DNA of 64,000 bases. It comes from Amphiscolops sp. MND2022. Lineage: Eukaryota. The stretch lies in the NCBI GenBank assembly GCA_964187785.1, contig OZ076415.1, positions 24,676,001-24,740,000 on the forward strand. Direction: 5' to 3'. Both the position numbers and the translations under genes were made by a program. A model generated the notes under the pieces. That model did not search any database. It was not told the origin of the DNA and saw only the letters and a program-made list of their open reading frames with translations. The stretch's first letter is position 1. Each line of letters opens with the position of its first letter. Shown here one piece after another: positions 1 through 11,100 of this stretch.

Positions 1-124
1 CTGCATGGTGACGGTACTTATATTCGATTGACAACTACCATTCGCTACCGAAGAAGTTGAATATTTGAATATTGGAATTGATTTGGTCAGATAAATATGG
101 TATGAACTAAAAACACAAAACAAT

Positions 125-3101
125 TTATATTTATTCATATGAGGAACACATATCTGACCGGGACGTAGAAAGGAGCTTTACAGCTCTAGGGTATACGCCC
201 CCAAAAACAAAAAAAGAGTTGTCAGCTCCAATAAAGGAATATACTAGGAATTCTGGAACTTTAACCAAAAATGAGGTTAAAAGTTGTTTCACTGTCAAGG
301 ATGTACAGTTCTTTGAAATTCATTATGAACTTTTTTAACATTATTTTGTCAATATTGTTTCCGAAACTAGGCAATAGATCGTTTTTCATTAAAAAGTTGT
401 AACATTTTGTAACTCTCCCGGCTAATGAGTTTTTGGCTGTAACAGTTCGCGAAAAATGGGGTCGAATTAGTCCAGCAATTTGAGATCGAGTTGTCCGTAG
501 GAAAGCTTGATTTTGAAGATCCAATGATCTAATTGTCGAAAAACCATAAATTTGAAATAGAGTCTCTTTGAATATTTCTTCAACGTAAAGTTCAAAAACT
601 GTTTCTATTTTATGTTTCATAAACAAGTCAGACACTGTATCGCTACGTTTTCTGAAGAAAATTGTTCGTATAATTCGTTTTTGCATTAATAGAATCTCAT
701 TCAGCACTGAATGTCTTGTACCGCCGTATATGAGCAAACCGTACAGTATAATTGGTTTTGCATATGCTTGATAAAACCTTAAGAGAGCTTTCCGGGAAAA
801 ACAATAACGTGCCTTGTAGACCAAACCATTAAATTTAGCTAATCTTTTCTGGATACTCGCTATATGGCTATGAAAATTCAATCTTTTGTCGATACTAACG
901 CCTAGGTACTTCAATTTATCTACAATGTCTATTTCGCCTGCTAAACCCTCAAGTTCGTCAATTTCCGTTGCGGTTATTGTTTTTCCAAAGGGTAAAATTG
1001 TACACTTAGATACGTTGACAGTCATTTTGTTAACCGAAAACCATTGATTCATGCTTTTTAGATCCAATTCTACATCTTTTGTTACATTTCTACAGCTTTT
1101 AGAAGTTACAATTGCGGTATCATCAGCAAATAGAACCATGCTTGAATTCTTACATGTTTCAGGCAAATCATTTATGTATATCAAAAACAAGAGTGGGCCC
1201 AAGATTGAACCTTGTGGAACTCCACAATCAATGCTCCTCGATGAAGACTTTTGATTACCCGAAAATACGAATTGTTCTCTGTCAGATAAGTAATCTCTGA
1301 GCAAATTTTCAATTTGACCGCGTAGTCCAAAGCTATTTAGTTTTTTAATAAGAAGATTGTGATCAACGGTATCAAAGGCTTTTTTAAAATCAATGAAAGC
1401 TGCCAAGCCATAGTGTTTTTTGTCAATTGTTTTTCTCATAAATTCAGTGATTTCTGCAATTGCATGTGCACAAGAAAAATTTTCTCTAAAACCGAATTGT
1501 TTGGGAGTTAGTAGTTTATGCTTCGCCAAAAATTTTGTTATACGTTTGTGAATGAGTTTTTCAAAAATTTTGCTCAGCGAAGTCAAAAGACTAATAGGGC
1601 GATAATTATCCGGTAGGGAAAAATCACCTTTCTTCAAAAGCGGAAGAACTTTCGCAATTTTCATAGACTTAGGAAACTTTGAATCATTTATACACTCATT
1701 GAAAATATTGGCTAAAAATTGACTAATTGAAGATGCAGCAAGCCTCAAAAGTTTATTAGAGATGCCATCATGACCAGAAGAAATTTTGTTCTTTAGGTGT
1801 TTGATTATACTGTAAACTTCAGATGCATCTGTCTCGAAGAGAGCGAAAGTTTGAACAGGTCCGTCCGCGTCGAAGTCAACATTGGGTAAGGATTCACTAC
1901 ACTCATTTGCAAGTTTTTTTCCAATACTTACAAAAAAATCATTAAATTTCTCAACGTCTACTTCTCTTTGTTTTTTGGTTTCTTTCCCACAAAAATGGTT
2001 AAAACAGTTGAATAATTCTTTTGAATTGCACACGTTTTTGATTTTTTTGTCATAATAGGATCGTTTAGCTTTCCGAATTTCACTGGTGACCGAGTTACGG
2101 AGTTTCTTGTAAACTAACTCGTTCTTTTTGCTAGCCTCTTTAACGTAAGAGGCATGCGCTTTATCACGTTTATGAATCAAAGATTTGATATGGTTTGTTA
2201 CCCAATTTGATCTTTTCTTCGTAGCATCAAAAGTTTTGTGTGGAGCATACTTTTCGGAAGCTGAATTCAGAACACCGGTGAGGTACTCTAATTTGCTTTC
2301 AACTGTGTCACACTGACATTTACGAAGTGCTTGATCTATGTAGAACAAAAATTTCAAATGATGATCTTCTTTAGAAAAGCCGGAAAAATCACGAAACTGA
2401 ATAACATCATTATCGTTGCAATGATTTGTGTCATATAAAATAGGAAATCTCAATGCATAGTGGTCACTGATTTTGTATTTGAGAGTTTCAACTTTTATTT
2501 CTTTAGTTGATATGCAGAGGTCAATGCATTTCGAAGTTGACAGAGTCTCTCGAGTAGGCTCTTCATTCTGCACAGATAGTCCGAATGCTTCCAAACAAAT
2601 TTCTAGTTTTTTGGTTTTATAGTCTAGATTATCAAGAACATCAATATTGAAGTCTCCTACGAGTATGGAATCTCCTTTCATTTCAAACAAATCAGTTAGA
2701 AGACAATCCATTTCATCAAAAAAGACAGCTTTAGCATCTGGTGGTCTATAAATCAGGCAGACATTTAGCGGACCTAAAGCGTCCCGATGGATTGTGACAA
2801 TTACGTGTTCAATATTAGATTTACATTTGGTTGTAGTGTAATTCACGTCTTCTCTCGCGTAGAAAGCTAAACCGCCACCAAGTTTGTTCAGTCTATTTGA
2901 TGTTTCAATTTCAGAGTAGTCGTCGAGCCAATAAAGGTCAATAGGGTCATTTTCTGTCAACCAAGTTTCACAAAGGCAAATCAACACAGGTTTTACTTCA
3001 AAATCATCAAAAGTAGTAATTAACTGGTCATGATGGCACCTAAGTGAACGTATGTTCATGTAAAAAATGTCTGAGGTTTTAAAAGTTTCCACAGATTCCA
3101 T
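125..3101 (-). mobile_element. CR1/L2-like LINE copy including 3' UTR; 5' boundary undefined
   Basis: ORF2 is followed on the minus strand by about 130 nt of UTR containing a GAGCT-GTAA-AGCTC hairpin (173-186) and AATAAA (130-135). No ORF1 is visible upstream. Confidence 0.65.
261..3101 (-). CDS. Non-LTR retrotransposon ORF2 (APE/EEP endonuclease + reverse transcriptase), CR1/L2-like
   Basis: Uninterrupted 946-aa ORF. Endonuclease motifs: YMNIRSL, CLCETWL, IYRPP, GDFNID, SDH. RT motifs: YRPISLL, FIDFKKAFDTVDH, GVPQGSILGPLLFLIYINDL, FADDT, KYLGV. Confidence 0.95.
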   Translation of the reverse strand: MESVETFKTSDIFYMNIRSLRCHHDQLITTFDDFEVKPVLICLCETWLTENDPIDLYWLDDYSEIETSNRLNKLGGGLAFYAREDVNYTTTKCKSNIEHVIVTIHRDALGPLNVCLIYRPPDAKAVFFDEMDCLLTDLFEMKGDSILVGDFNIDVLDNLDYKTKKLEICLEAFGLSVQNEEPTRETLSTSKCIDLCISTKEIKVETLKYKISDHYALRFPILYDTNHCNDNDVIQFRDFSGFSKEDHHLKFLFYIDQALRKCQCDTVESKLEYLTGVLNSASEKYAPHKTFDATKKRSNWVTNHIKSLIHKRDKAHASYVKEASKKNELVYKKLRNSVTSEIRKAKRSYYDKKIKNVCNSKELFNCFNHFCGKETKKQREVDVEKFNDFFVSIGKKLANECSESLPNVDFDADGPVQTFALFETDASEVYSIIKHLKNKISSGHDGISNKLLRLAASSISQFLANIFNECINDSKFPKSMKIAKVLPLLKKGDFSLPDNYRPISLLTSLSKIFEKLIHKRITKFLAKHKLLTPKQFGFRENFSCAHAIAEITEFMRKTIDKKHYGLAAFIDFKKAFDTVDHNLLIKKLNSFGLRGQIENLLRDYLSDREQFVFSGNQKSSSRSIDCGVPQGSILGPLLFLIYINDLPETCKNSSMVLFADDTAIVTSKSCRNVTKDVELDLKSMNQWFSVNKMTVNVSKCTILPFGKTITATEIDELEGLAGEIDIVDKLKYLGVSIDKRLNFHSHIASIQKRLAKFNGLVYKARYCFSRKALLRFYQAYAKPIILYGLLIYGGTRHSVLNEILLMQKRIIRTIFFRKRSDTVSDLFMKHKIETVFELYVEEIFKETLFQIYGFSTIRSLDLQNQAFLRTTRSQIAGLIRPHFSRTVTAKNSLAGRVTKCYNFLMKNDLLPSFGNNIDKIMLKKFIMNFKELYILDSETTFNLIFG

Positions 3102-3850
3102 CCTTATTGCAAGCTGACAAAATCTGAAGAAAAACGCAAAGTTCAGAGAATTAAGGAAGTTCCTCTAATCTCTTTGGCTTCGATGTTCTGTTACATACCA
3201 CCGAAGCATCGAAGTACTCAGAATGTGTTACCGGTGTAAGGACGTCTTGCATTTCAACTGGTTTTAACTTTTTTTGAATATTTTGTACGGTCCATGTTAA
3301 CAAGACCATGTGGTGTTGTATAAGGAGTCGCCTTGTTGAACATAGGCGATAAGGTTTCATGAATTTAAGCGCACTGAAGACTCATGTATTTAGATTCAGG
3401 TATAGCGGATGACGACTTCGTTAGCACAACAGGGCCTTTTGCAATATTTGTGACCATGCTATGTTTGGGAAACTGCATTAAAAACATTAGATTGAACCCT
3501 TTTTTTATTTCAGAAAAGGACGCTAGTCTGGTCATGCTGAAACATTAGTCGCAATCTTGACTCGATTCTCACTACGATTGTAGTGATGTAGCACGATCGT
3601 ACCACGAAACGTAGGCTAGCGTTCATATATTGGTTGTGTGTAAGCAACACAAAATTGATTGCCTTGTCAAGCCTAATTGAGACCACTACCGTGCAAAATA
3701 GCACTATTGCTCCGCCGGGCTTTTAAAATGAGATAGGTTGACATTTTTGAAGCAAATTCAAGCCACTATTTTCTATGATCATTCAGTTTCATGTCCGAAG
3801 TTAGGAAATGTATAACCTCTTTTGTACTCTGCAATTCCAGGAAGATGACA

Positions 3851-4047
3851 TCTCAACGTGGACATAACAAATTCACTGGCATTTTCTAGACTTCTTTCAC
3901 AATTTTCTCACGTTTTCTCCAAAAGTGCACGCTCGTCGCATGTTCATTCAATGAACATGCGACGAGCGTGCACTTTTGGAGAAAACGTGAGAAAATTGTG
4001 AAAGAAGTCTAGAAAATGCCAGTTAATTTCTCATGTCCACGTTGAGA
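3851..4047. repeat. Near-perfect long palindrome (fold-back)
   Basis: Symmetric about position 3949. Perfect 74-bp arms span 3875-4023 with a 1-nt centre, and the symmetry extends to 3851-4047 with 3 mismatches. Confidence 0.95.
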
Positions 4048-6269
4048 AGTTTCTTATGTCCACGTTGAAAGTTTCAAACTACACCTACGCGCTATAGTAC
4101 TTGGTTTGGTTGTATAGAAATTTTCGCCAGCACCGGTATAATTTTAAGCCCATGTTAGTTTTTCGTTAGAATTTGTTGTACGAATGGTAGCATGAAGTCC
4201 GTGATTGATACGAGCTGCCACGATCTTACGACTATAGGCGTGATAGTACTGTGATGGTGAATCTGGGAAACAACCGTGCATTCCTGTACAACGGCATATC
4301 GAATCCGAAGCATGAACTTATCTAATCTGATAACATCTGTTTTTTGGTTGCAAGAAACGAAACATTTAATAGCTCCTTCTTGGAGACCTTCAAAAACCCT
4401 AAATGAGTATATATTCTAGTCCTATGTTGATTATAGCATGGTCTTTCCTGTTTACTGCTATAAACTGCCCAGTGCAAAATATCTTGAAACACTTGCCAAG
4501 ATCTTGCTTATTCTTACAAATTTCCGTTTACTGTTGAGAGCCTGAATGAGATTTTGTTCTTACTTGAAGATTTTGACGAGAATCTTGGTAATAGTTTTGT
4601 CAAGAGTGTCAGGAAATTAAATAACTGGCGAAACAAACAACAATCTTGTTTACAATTACTTCACTATTGATCGAACTACCCGCTACAATTTCATTCTTCG
4701 CAGTGGTTTTAATAGGACAATACAAAGTATTGACTTTCACCATAGTTGAGGCTGCTGGAATTTTTTACATGCTGTAGGCCTACAGGCAGTGTAACGTTTT
4801 GGTAAAACCTAGGAAATTCAGTAAGGTTCCGGTGGTAACTCTTGTAGAAATACACTGAAATTTTCACTACTGCATTTAAACTTGAATATAAGTCATTTCA
4901 TTTCAGACTGAATTACGCTGTGTTCACACTCTGATCTTCTCACCGACTGATCTGATGTGATTACCGCTCCTCAAATTCCACGCAAAACATGGCGGTAGTT
5001 TGCCATTACGAATTATTACGCGACAGAAGTTATTTTGCATTGAAATGGCTGTAAAACTGATAGTAACTTTTATTTGCTTTCAAAATTGGAACTGTTTCCT
5101 TATGAAACTTGCAAAACTTAAAGACTCAAAATTTCCGCCGAAACTTTGATGAATTCTGATAAAAGTCAAACCCAAACGGGAAATATTTTTGCATGAAAAC
5201 TTACGTAACAGTTTTGGAATTATGAAAATTGCTGGCAACAATAAAAAACAAACAGTGCAATCAGTTTTAAGGGGCAGAACTTGATATCTTTGTTAATAGC
5301 GTGAACGCCGGTTGGCGTCGGTTGTGTGTGTTTCCATCCACTTTGTTAGCTTCTCATTTGCAGTTCTTGGCACAATCGTACATAGTCTTGGTGCTCTTGA
5401 TAAGACGCTTGCGAAAATTCTTACCAAGGTTTCACAAAAATGCAAGATTCTTATCAAAAATTTCAAGAATTTTCACACTGGGTATCATAGAATGGTAATT
5501 CGTGTTTGTGATTACAAGCTGAGTATAGGCTGGGTAATTTTGCTTCCGTCTTCGATCAATCGGATTCCTGCCTAGTAGTGCAAAATAAACTTGGTTTTCA
5601 ACCAATGTGAAAATGTCACTCTGTAAATAGAGACAATATCACATTTTACGACTTTAGCATTTTATTTTAATTCGAATCTTGATGACTTATGGTGATCGCC
5701 ATGATCAGTCTTGAACGAAACACATAATTCCTTGAGAAGTGAGAACTACTGTGATCAAGTAGTTAATGCTTTAAAACCTAGTGGTTCAGCTGTTCTGTAA
5801 CATTTGTCCTAAAAGATCAAACTACATTTCCTTATTTTTTTTATAGGCAAGGTCAAATATGCCCTCAATCGCCGGTTTCATCATGAGATTGATAAGTTGA
5901 CAACATTCAACATTTGACTTTCTTTTCATCCCTTGCAACCAGAGGAGGCTAAAAGCTTTATGACCATATTTGACAATAGAGAAACACACTTTCAACTGTT
6001 ATTTTTCAAGATTGGCACCCTTGATTGGATGAATACTCATAACCAAACCCCTTTTGTGTTCGAAAATTACGTTTTGACTTTGATTTCAAAAGGCTTGCCT
6101 TATTTGTCTGTTGAATGTCACTTTCAATTGAGATTTCTATACGGAAATAATTTTTATACTTTTTATATGCCACCCAGGAATGTAAAAAAATACGTATAAA
6201 TGATACTTTTGAATACAATATAATTGCTTTAAAAATAATTTAGTATGTTGTCTCACATTGTACGAGGGA

Positions 6270-6410
6270 ACAACGCGGGAACTTTTAAAGTCAGAGCTAT
6301 ATCCAAGGCTCAAAAAGTGCAAACTTTTTACAGTAGTAAATAGGGGCACTTTGTGTTTTTTGAAAAACCAGTTTGTTGCAAACTATCAAAAAAATTAAGG
6401 GGGATGTTGA
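6270..6410. repeat. Truncated end fragment of the dispersed Helentron/HINE-like family
   Basis: AACAA..CGGGAAC...CTATATCCAAGGCTCAAAAAG matches the terminal motif at 30605 and, as reverse complement, 21891-21937. Confidence 0.45.
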
Positions 6411-7624
6411 CGTTATTTCGTCCTTTTTCCGATGAGAACTGTCGAGTCCGGGTCAGGGCTGAAGTCCTCTTCTTGGACTTGGAGAAGTGAATCTCTTCCT
6501 GAAATGAAACCATTCACCATTGCGGATTTAGAAGTACTGGGTTTTTGGTTCTTATGACGTTCAAATTCCGGTTTCCTCTCTTTACCAATCTCTGTTCTCA
6601 GTGCAAAGAGGATTCTTGAAATACATTTTAATTTTCTTTCTGAAACCACCATTTATCTCTGCGAAGTCTCTCATTTATTGTCTTGATCTTTCATTCAACT
6701 TTCCGTTATCTCCATGATTTTTCATCTGGCATACTGTGTTTTATGTATTTAACTTAACCATAATTTTGTGAATTTTTCGTTTTTGAACGCTGTTCCAGGT
6801 CTTTATTTCTAAGTATTCCGTGGTGTACTATATATTCTGCAATAAATTCTTAAACGCTTTCGGTAGTATGATTGGTTAAAAATAGCGCCTCCGACAGTCC
6901 TGAAATATTATTTGCAGAAACCCACTAATCCTTGTTTCTTCGAGGTGAAATTTGGAAAGCGCCTGCAAAATCTAGTGAATTTTCTTGGTTTGGTTTTTCA
7001 GCCTTAGGTAATGTTCCAAATTCTTTTTGTCATTTTACACACTTTATGATCTTACCTGCTTTGATACATTCTGGGAAGTTGTTCGCCGGCCTCTCTATGG
7101 TTTGTTTCCCGACGAACTCTGGGCCACCAAACATCTGCGGCTTCTCTGAACAGGGCATATAAGCCAGCATGCCCAAATTGAATCACCGTCAGCATCTTTA
7201 GTTTCCCACATGTCTTTGGGTATAACTAGTCTTTCATCAAGATATAATAATTTGTTCGAATCTAAACTAAATTAATTGAACGTTTCCCTACAAGGAGGGA
7301 AAAGGCGTGCATTTTGGGCAGTATCACGGTTCGGGAATAATCTGATCATATTCTGCAATTGTTTATCCTTTTCATAATTCGCCTGAGCGTACACTCTGCT
7401 AATCTCGAGTTCGCGGTTATTGAGTTGTTTCTTGTGTTTGAATTAGTTTAGACGCTTTTATATGTTTTGGCGTTTTGCAACACACTGTCGTTCTGCTGAG
7501 ATACTGTGAAAACCTGCGTTCTTGCTTCTGATTGGCTAATAGCTCTGCTTATCAATTTTGTTGTTTGCATTATTTTCGCCGTAATCACTTCATCTAAATC
7601 CTTTGTAAATTCACTAGCAACTGT
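6410..7624 (-). pseudogene. Decayed Ty3/Gypsy integrase region (host element, downstream of the BEL insertion)
   Basis: Frameshifted remnants: YLDERLVIPKD, FGHAG...VWWPR...C (zinc finger) and LDFAG (integrase core start). The frame joins the RNase H fragment at 16982 when the BEL element is removed. Confidence 0.75.
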
Positions 7625-8007
7625 TAAAAGAGTGTTATAGAATCCGGTCTCTACATCTCGTTTTTTAGAGAGAAAGCAACTGAATATTGTATTGTTCTCG
7701 TGCCAATAATGAATATCAACTGGTGTCATATGAATTCAGAAAGCTACAATGGTATAAATGAAGAAACTGTCAAAATAACAAAAGTTGTTTACTAATATAG
7801 AAAATCAAATTAAAATTTCGAGACAGCAAATTATCGAAAAGAGTATTTTAGTGAAAAACGGAATTTTAGTGATTTTTTACCAAAGACTCCGCCGGTTCTG
7901 AGAATCGAACTCTAGACCTTTGGAATAGAAACCGAACGCGCTAAGCTTTTGTGCTAAAGTGCCTTGTTATTTGTTTATTTTAATCCAATCATATTGTGTA
8001 CACAACA
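7625..8007 (-). repeat. 3' LTR of the BEL/Pao element
   Basis: 383 bp with 5 substitutions versus 16599-16981. On the minus strand it begins TGTTGTG right after the PPT and ends CTTTTA. Confidence 0.95.
7890..7963 (-). pseudogene. tRNA-derived (Arg-TCT-like) sequence inside the 3' LTR
   Basis: GGCACTTTAGCACAAAAGCTTAGCGCGTTCGGTTTCTATTCCAAAGGTCTAGAGTTCGATTCTC: A-box-like element, TCT anticodon-like loop, and B-box GAGTTCGATTC. Confidence 0.6.
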
Positions 8008-8019
8008 TCCTCCGGGCCC
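8008..8019 (-). other. Polypurine tract of the BEL/Pao element
   Basis: GGGCCCGGAGGA immediately precedes the TGT start of the 3' LTR on the minus strand. Confidence 0.7.
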
Positions 8020-8168
8020 AAGAAGATGTGAATGCAAGAAACATTAGAATTGAAAAGGAAACTTTTTTTGGAAAACGGTTTACATGGATTTTCGATGATG
8101 TACATGTTACATTTTATTCATGTTAGGTACGATTACAAGAGAGAACAAAAACGGAGAGTTATTACAGA

Positions 8169-11100
8169 TTAAGTAAGATTGGGGGAATCGGGGGATGGAA
8201 GAACGGGTGCGAGTTTGACAACGGGTCGAATGAGGTTTCCTGTTGCGGTTTTCAGTTCTGCAGAACGAGCGACAGCGTCGGTACCGTAGTTCAGCTTGAC
8301 CACACGTGCAAGTGGGTAATGTCCTCGTGGACTCGTAGGCTCCACAATCCAGACAAGGTCCCCAATCTTGAGATCTTGATCTGGTTGGGCTGACCACTTC
8401 GAACGGCGGTTAAGCGACGGAACGTAATCTTTTAGCCAACGGTCCCAAATAGCATCTGAGTACGCTTGCGCACGTGCGTAGCGTTTCCTGTGGTCGAAGT
8501 CGGCTCTTTGGTGTGATGGCATTGTGGAACCCGCGGTTCCCAACAGGAAGTGGTTTGGTGTCAAGGCGTCAAAATCCGTAGCGTCGCAGCTGACGGGCAC
8601 CAGTGGGCGGGAATTGAGACTCTGTTCTACAAGACAAAAAGTAGTTGTTAATATCTCGTCGGTTAGGCGACGGTTTCCAAGAATTGCGTAAAAAACGTGT
8701 TTGAAGCTCCTGACAATTCGTTCCCAGACACCTCCGTGGTGGGGAGCACTGGGAGGATTGAACTTCCAGTGATTCCGTTTTTTGACCAAAACTTCAGACA
8801 GAATCTGTTGATTCCACGCTGACACGTTTTGTAGCAACTCCTTTTCACTGGCGATGAAATTGGTTCCGTTGTCAGACCACAAAACAGATGGGACGCCCCG
8901 ACGGGCAGCAAATCTTTCGATTCCCATAACACAGCTACTAGTGTCCATTGACGGGACAACTTCAAAATGGACAGCTCTGGTTGTTAAGCAAGTGAATAGG
9001 AATCCCCATCGTTTTTCGGTTGATCTTTTAACAGCTACGTAAAACGGGCCGAAATAGTCAATTCCGGTGTTCGTAAATGGACGCTCTTGAAATGCCAGTC
9101 TTTCCCGAGGAAGGTCGGACATTATCGGGTTGAGAGTTTCCGCTCGACGTTTGCGGCAAGTGACACATTTGGAGACAATTGACCTCAGGGCGGTTCTAAG
9201 CTTGACGATGGCGAACTGTTGCTGCACCAACGCCCTCATGTAGTCCACACCCTGATGGCAATGCGTTTCATGGAGCTGCTCTAAGTACAAGCGTACGGCG
9301 GGGTGACGGCTGTCCAGTAAAATAGGGTGTTTTGCGTCGAAGTTGGAAACTGTTAGTTGTTTGGTCCGACCGGTTGCTCGCAGTAGGCCTTGAGGCCCAA
9401 TGAAAGGGGAGAATTGGGAAAGTTTAGAAGAGTTGCTGACGGGGGATTTTTTCAGCAAGCACTTCAGTTCGACGGGAAATGACTCTTGTTGGATGAGATA
9501 GAAAAGTCTCAATTCAGCATTTCGCATTTCATTTGGGTCAGTTACTAAACCAGAGTCGGATCGGTAACCTTCGTTTTTTGGCAGTAGGCGCAAAATGTAA
9601 GCAACAACGCGCAGAAGTTTCTCGTACGAGCTGTACTTCTGCCACTCGAAAGTTGTCGCGATGCCGATCACGGTTGCACTTAAAGCTGTCAAAAATTCCG
9701 AAGTTTCTTGTTCCGAAAGGGGAGTGTCCGACTTTTTCGCTTTCAATTTGACCTCAACTTCTTTTGGTGGTTTGAACAGCCAGTCGTGTGTTCGCAAGAA
9801 TGAAGGACCTTTGAGCCAAGGACTGTCACGAAGTGAGTTGGCTGAAAGACCACGCGTTCCTGCATCAGCGGGGTTGTCACTTGATTTAACATAGTTCCAT
9901 TCATCCACTGTTGTTAGTTCCAAGATTTCGGCAACGCGGTTGGTTACAAACACCGGTTGCTTCTCTAATGAATGGAGCCACTGAAGGACCGTCGTGCTGT
10001 CCGTCCACATGAAAGTGTTAGCAACTCTGACCGTTAGCGCATTTTCAATTTCTTTTCGGAGTCGTGCAGCAAGCAACGAGGCTTGTAGTTCAAGCTTCGG
10101 GATCGTAAGGGCTTTCATGGGTGCTACTCTGGCTTTCCCAAAGACGAAAGCTAACTCTGTTGTATAACCAGTCGTGGTGTCAACTTTTCCTCGTAGAAAG
10201 GCGACGGCGCTGAAGACATCTTGAGAGCTGTCACCGAACATATGAAGCTCCAAGGTTTCAACTCGCGCTTCGAAATAGCTCCGTGGGATTTGAATTTCGC
10301 TCAAAGTTGGCAGTTCCTTGCTCCATTCGTTGAACTTAGTTACGACTTCGTCTGGCAGATCGTCATCCCACTGTTGACCACTTAATCTCCAGATGTCTTT
10401 CAACAACAGTCTTGCTTGGACGGTAAACGGAGCAACGAGTCCAATGGGATCGTAGACAGCTGAAACTACGCTCAGTACCACTCGTTGAGTAAGTTTCTTG
10501 TTCGTAGCAGGGCTCGTTCCCCGACTTACAACGAAAGTGTCACAGGCATGATTCCATTTAAGTCCCAAGACATGTGAGGACTCGTCTGGTTTCGGAATCA
10601 CCTTCTCATCGGTCGGTGCTAGTTCGCCGCTTTGTTGCAGTTCGGCTGAAAGGTGATTAATGTTGGAAACAAACTTAGTTAGATTAAAGCCACCTTTTGC
10701 AAGCAGTGCCACCAAGTCCTTTGCTTTGTTACTGGCTTCTTCGACCGTAGGGCTTGATTCCAAGTAGTCGTCCATGTAAAAATTGCGGTGAACGCTTTTC
10801 GCTGCTTCAGGGAAAGCGTCTTGGTTATCGCTACCAGTACGTTTCAGTGCGTAGTTCGCACATGTTGGTGAGTCCTTCGACCCGAAGATGTGCCGGACGT
10901 ACTGATACACAGCGATTTCTGCAGCTGGGTCTTCCCGCCACAGAAAACGAAGTGAAGGTTGATCTTTTGGTATGACTCCAACTTGAAGAAACATACCTTC
11001 GATATCGGCAGAGACGGCGTACTTGTGTTGACGAAAGCGGATCAGTATGTGTATCAAACTTTGTAGCAAGTCCGGTCCGGTTAACAAGGCGTTGTTCAAA

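Noticed and set aside
7622-8007. Canonical TGTT...AACA boundary for the left LTR
   Set aside because: The extra TGT is part of the ACTGT target duplication; it is absent from the other LTR and this boundary gives no TSD.
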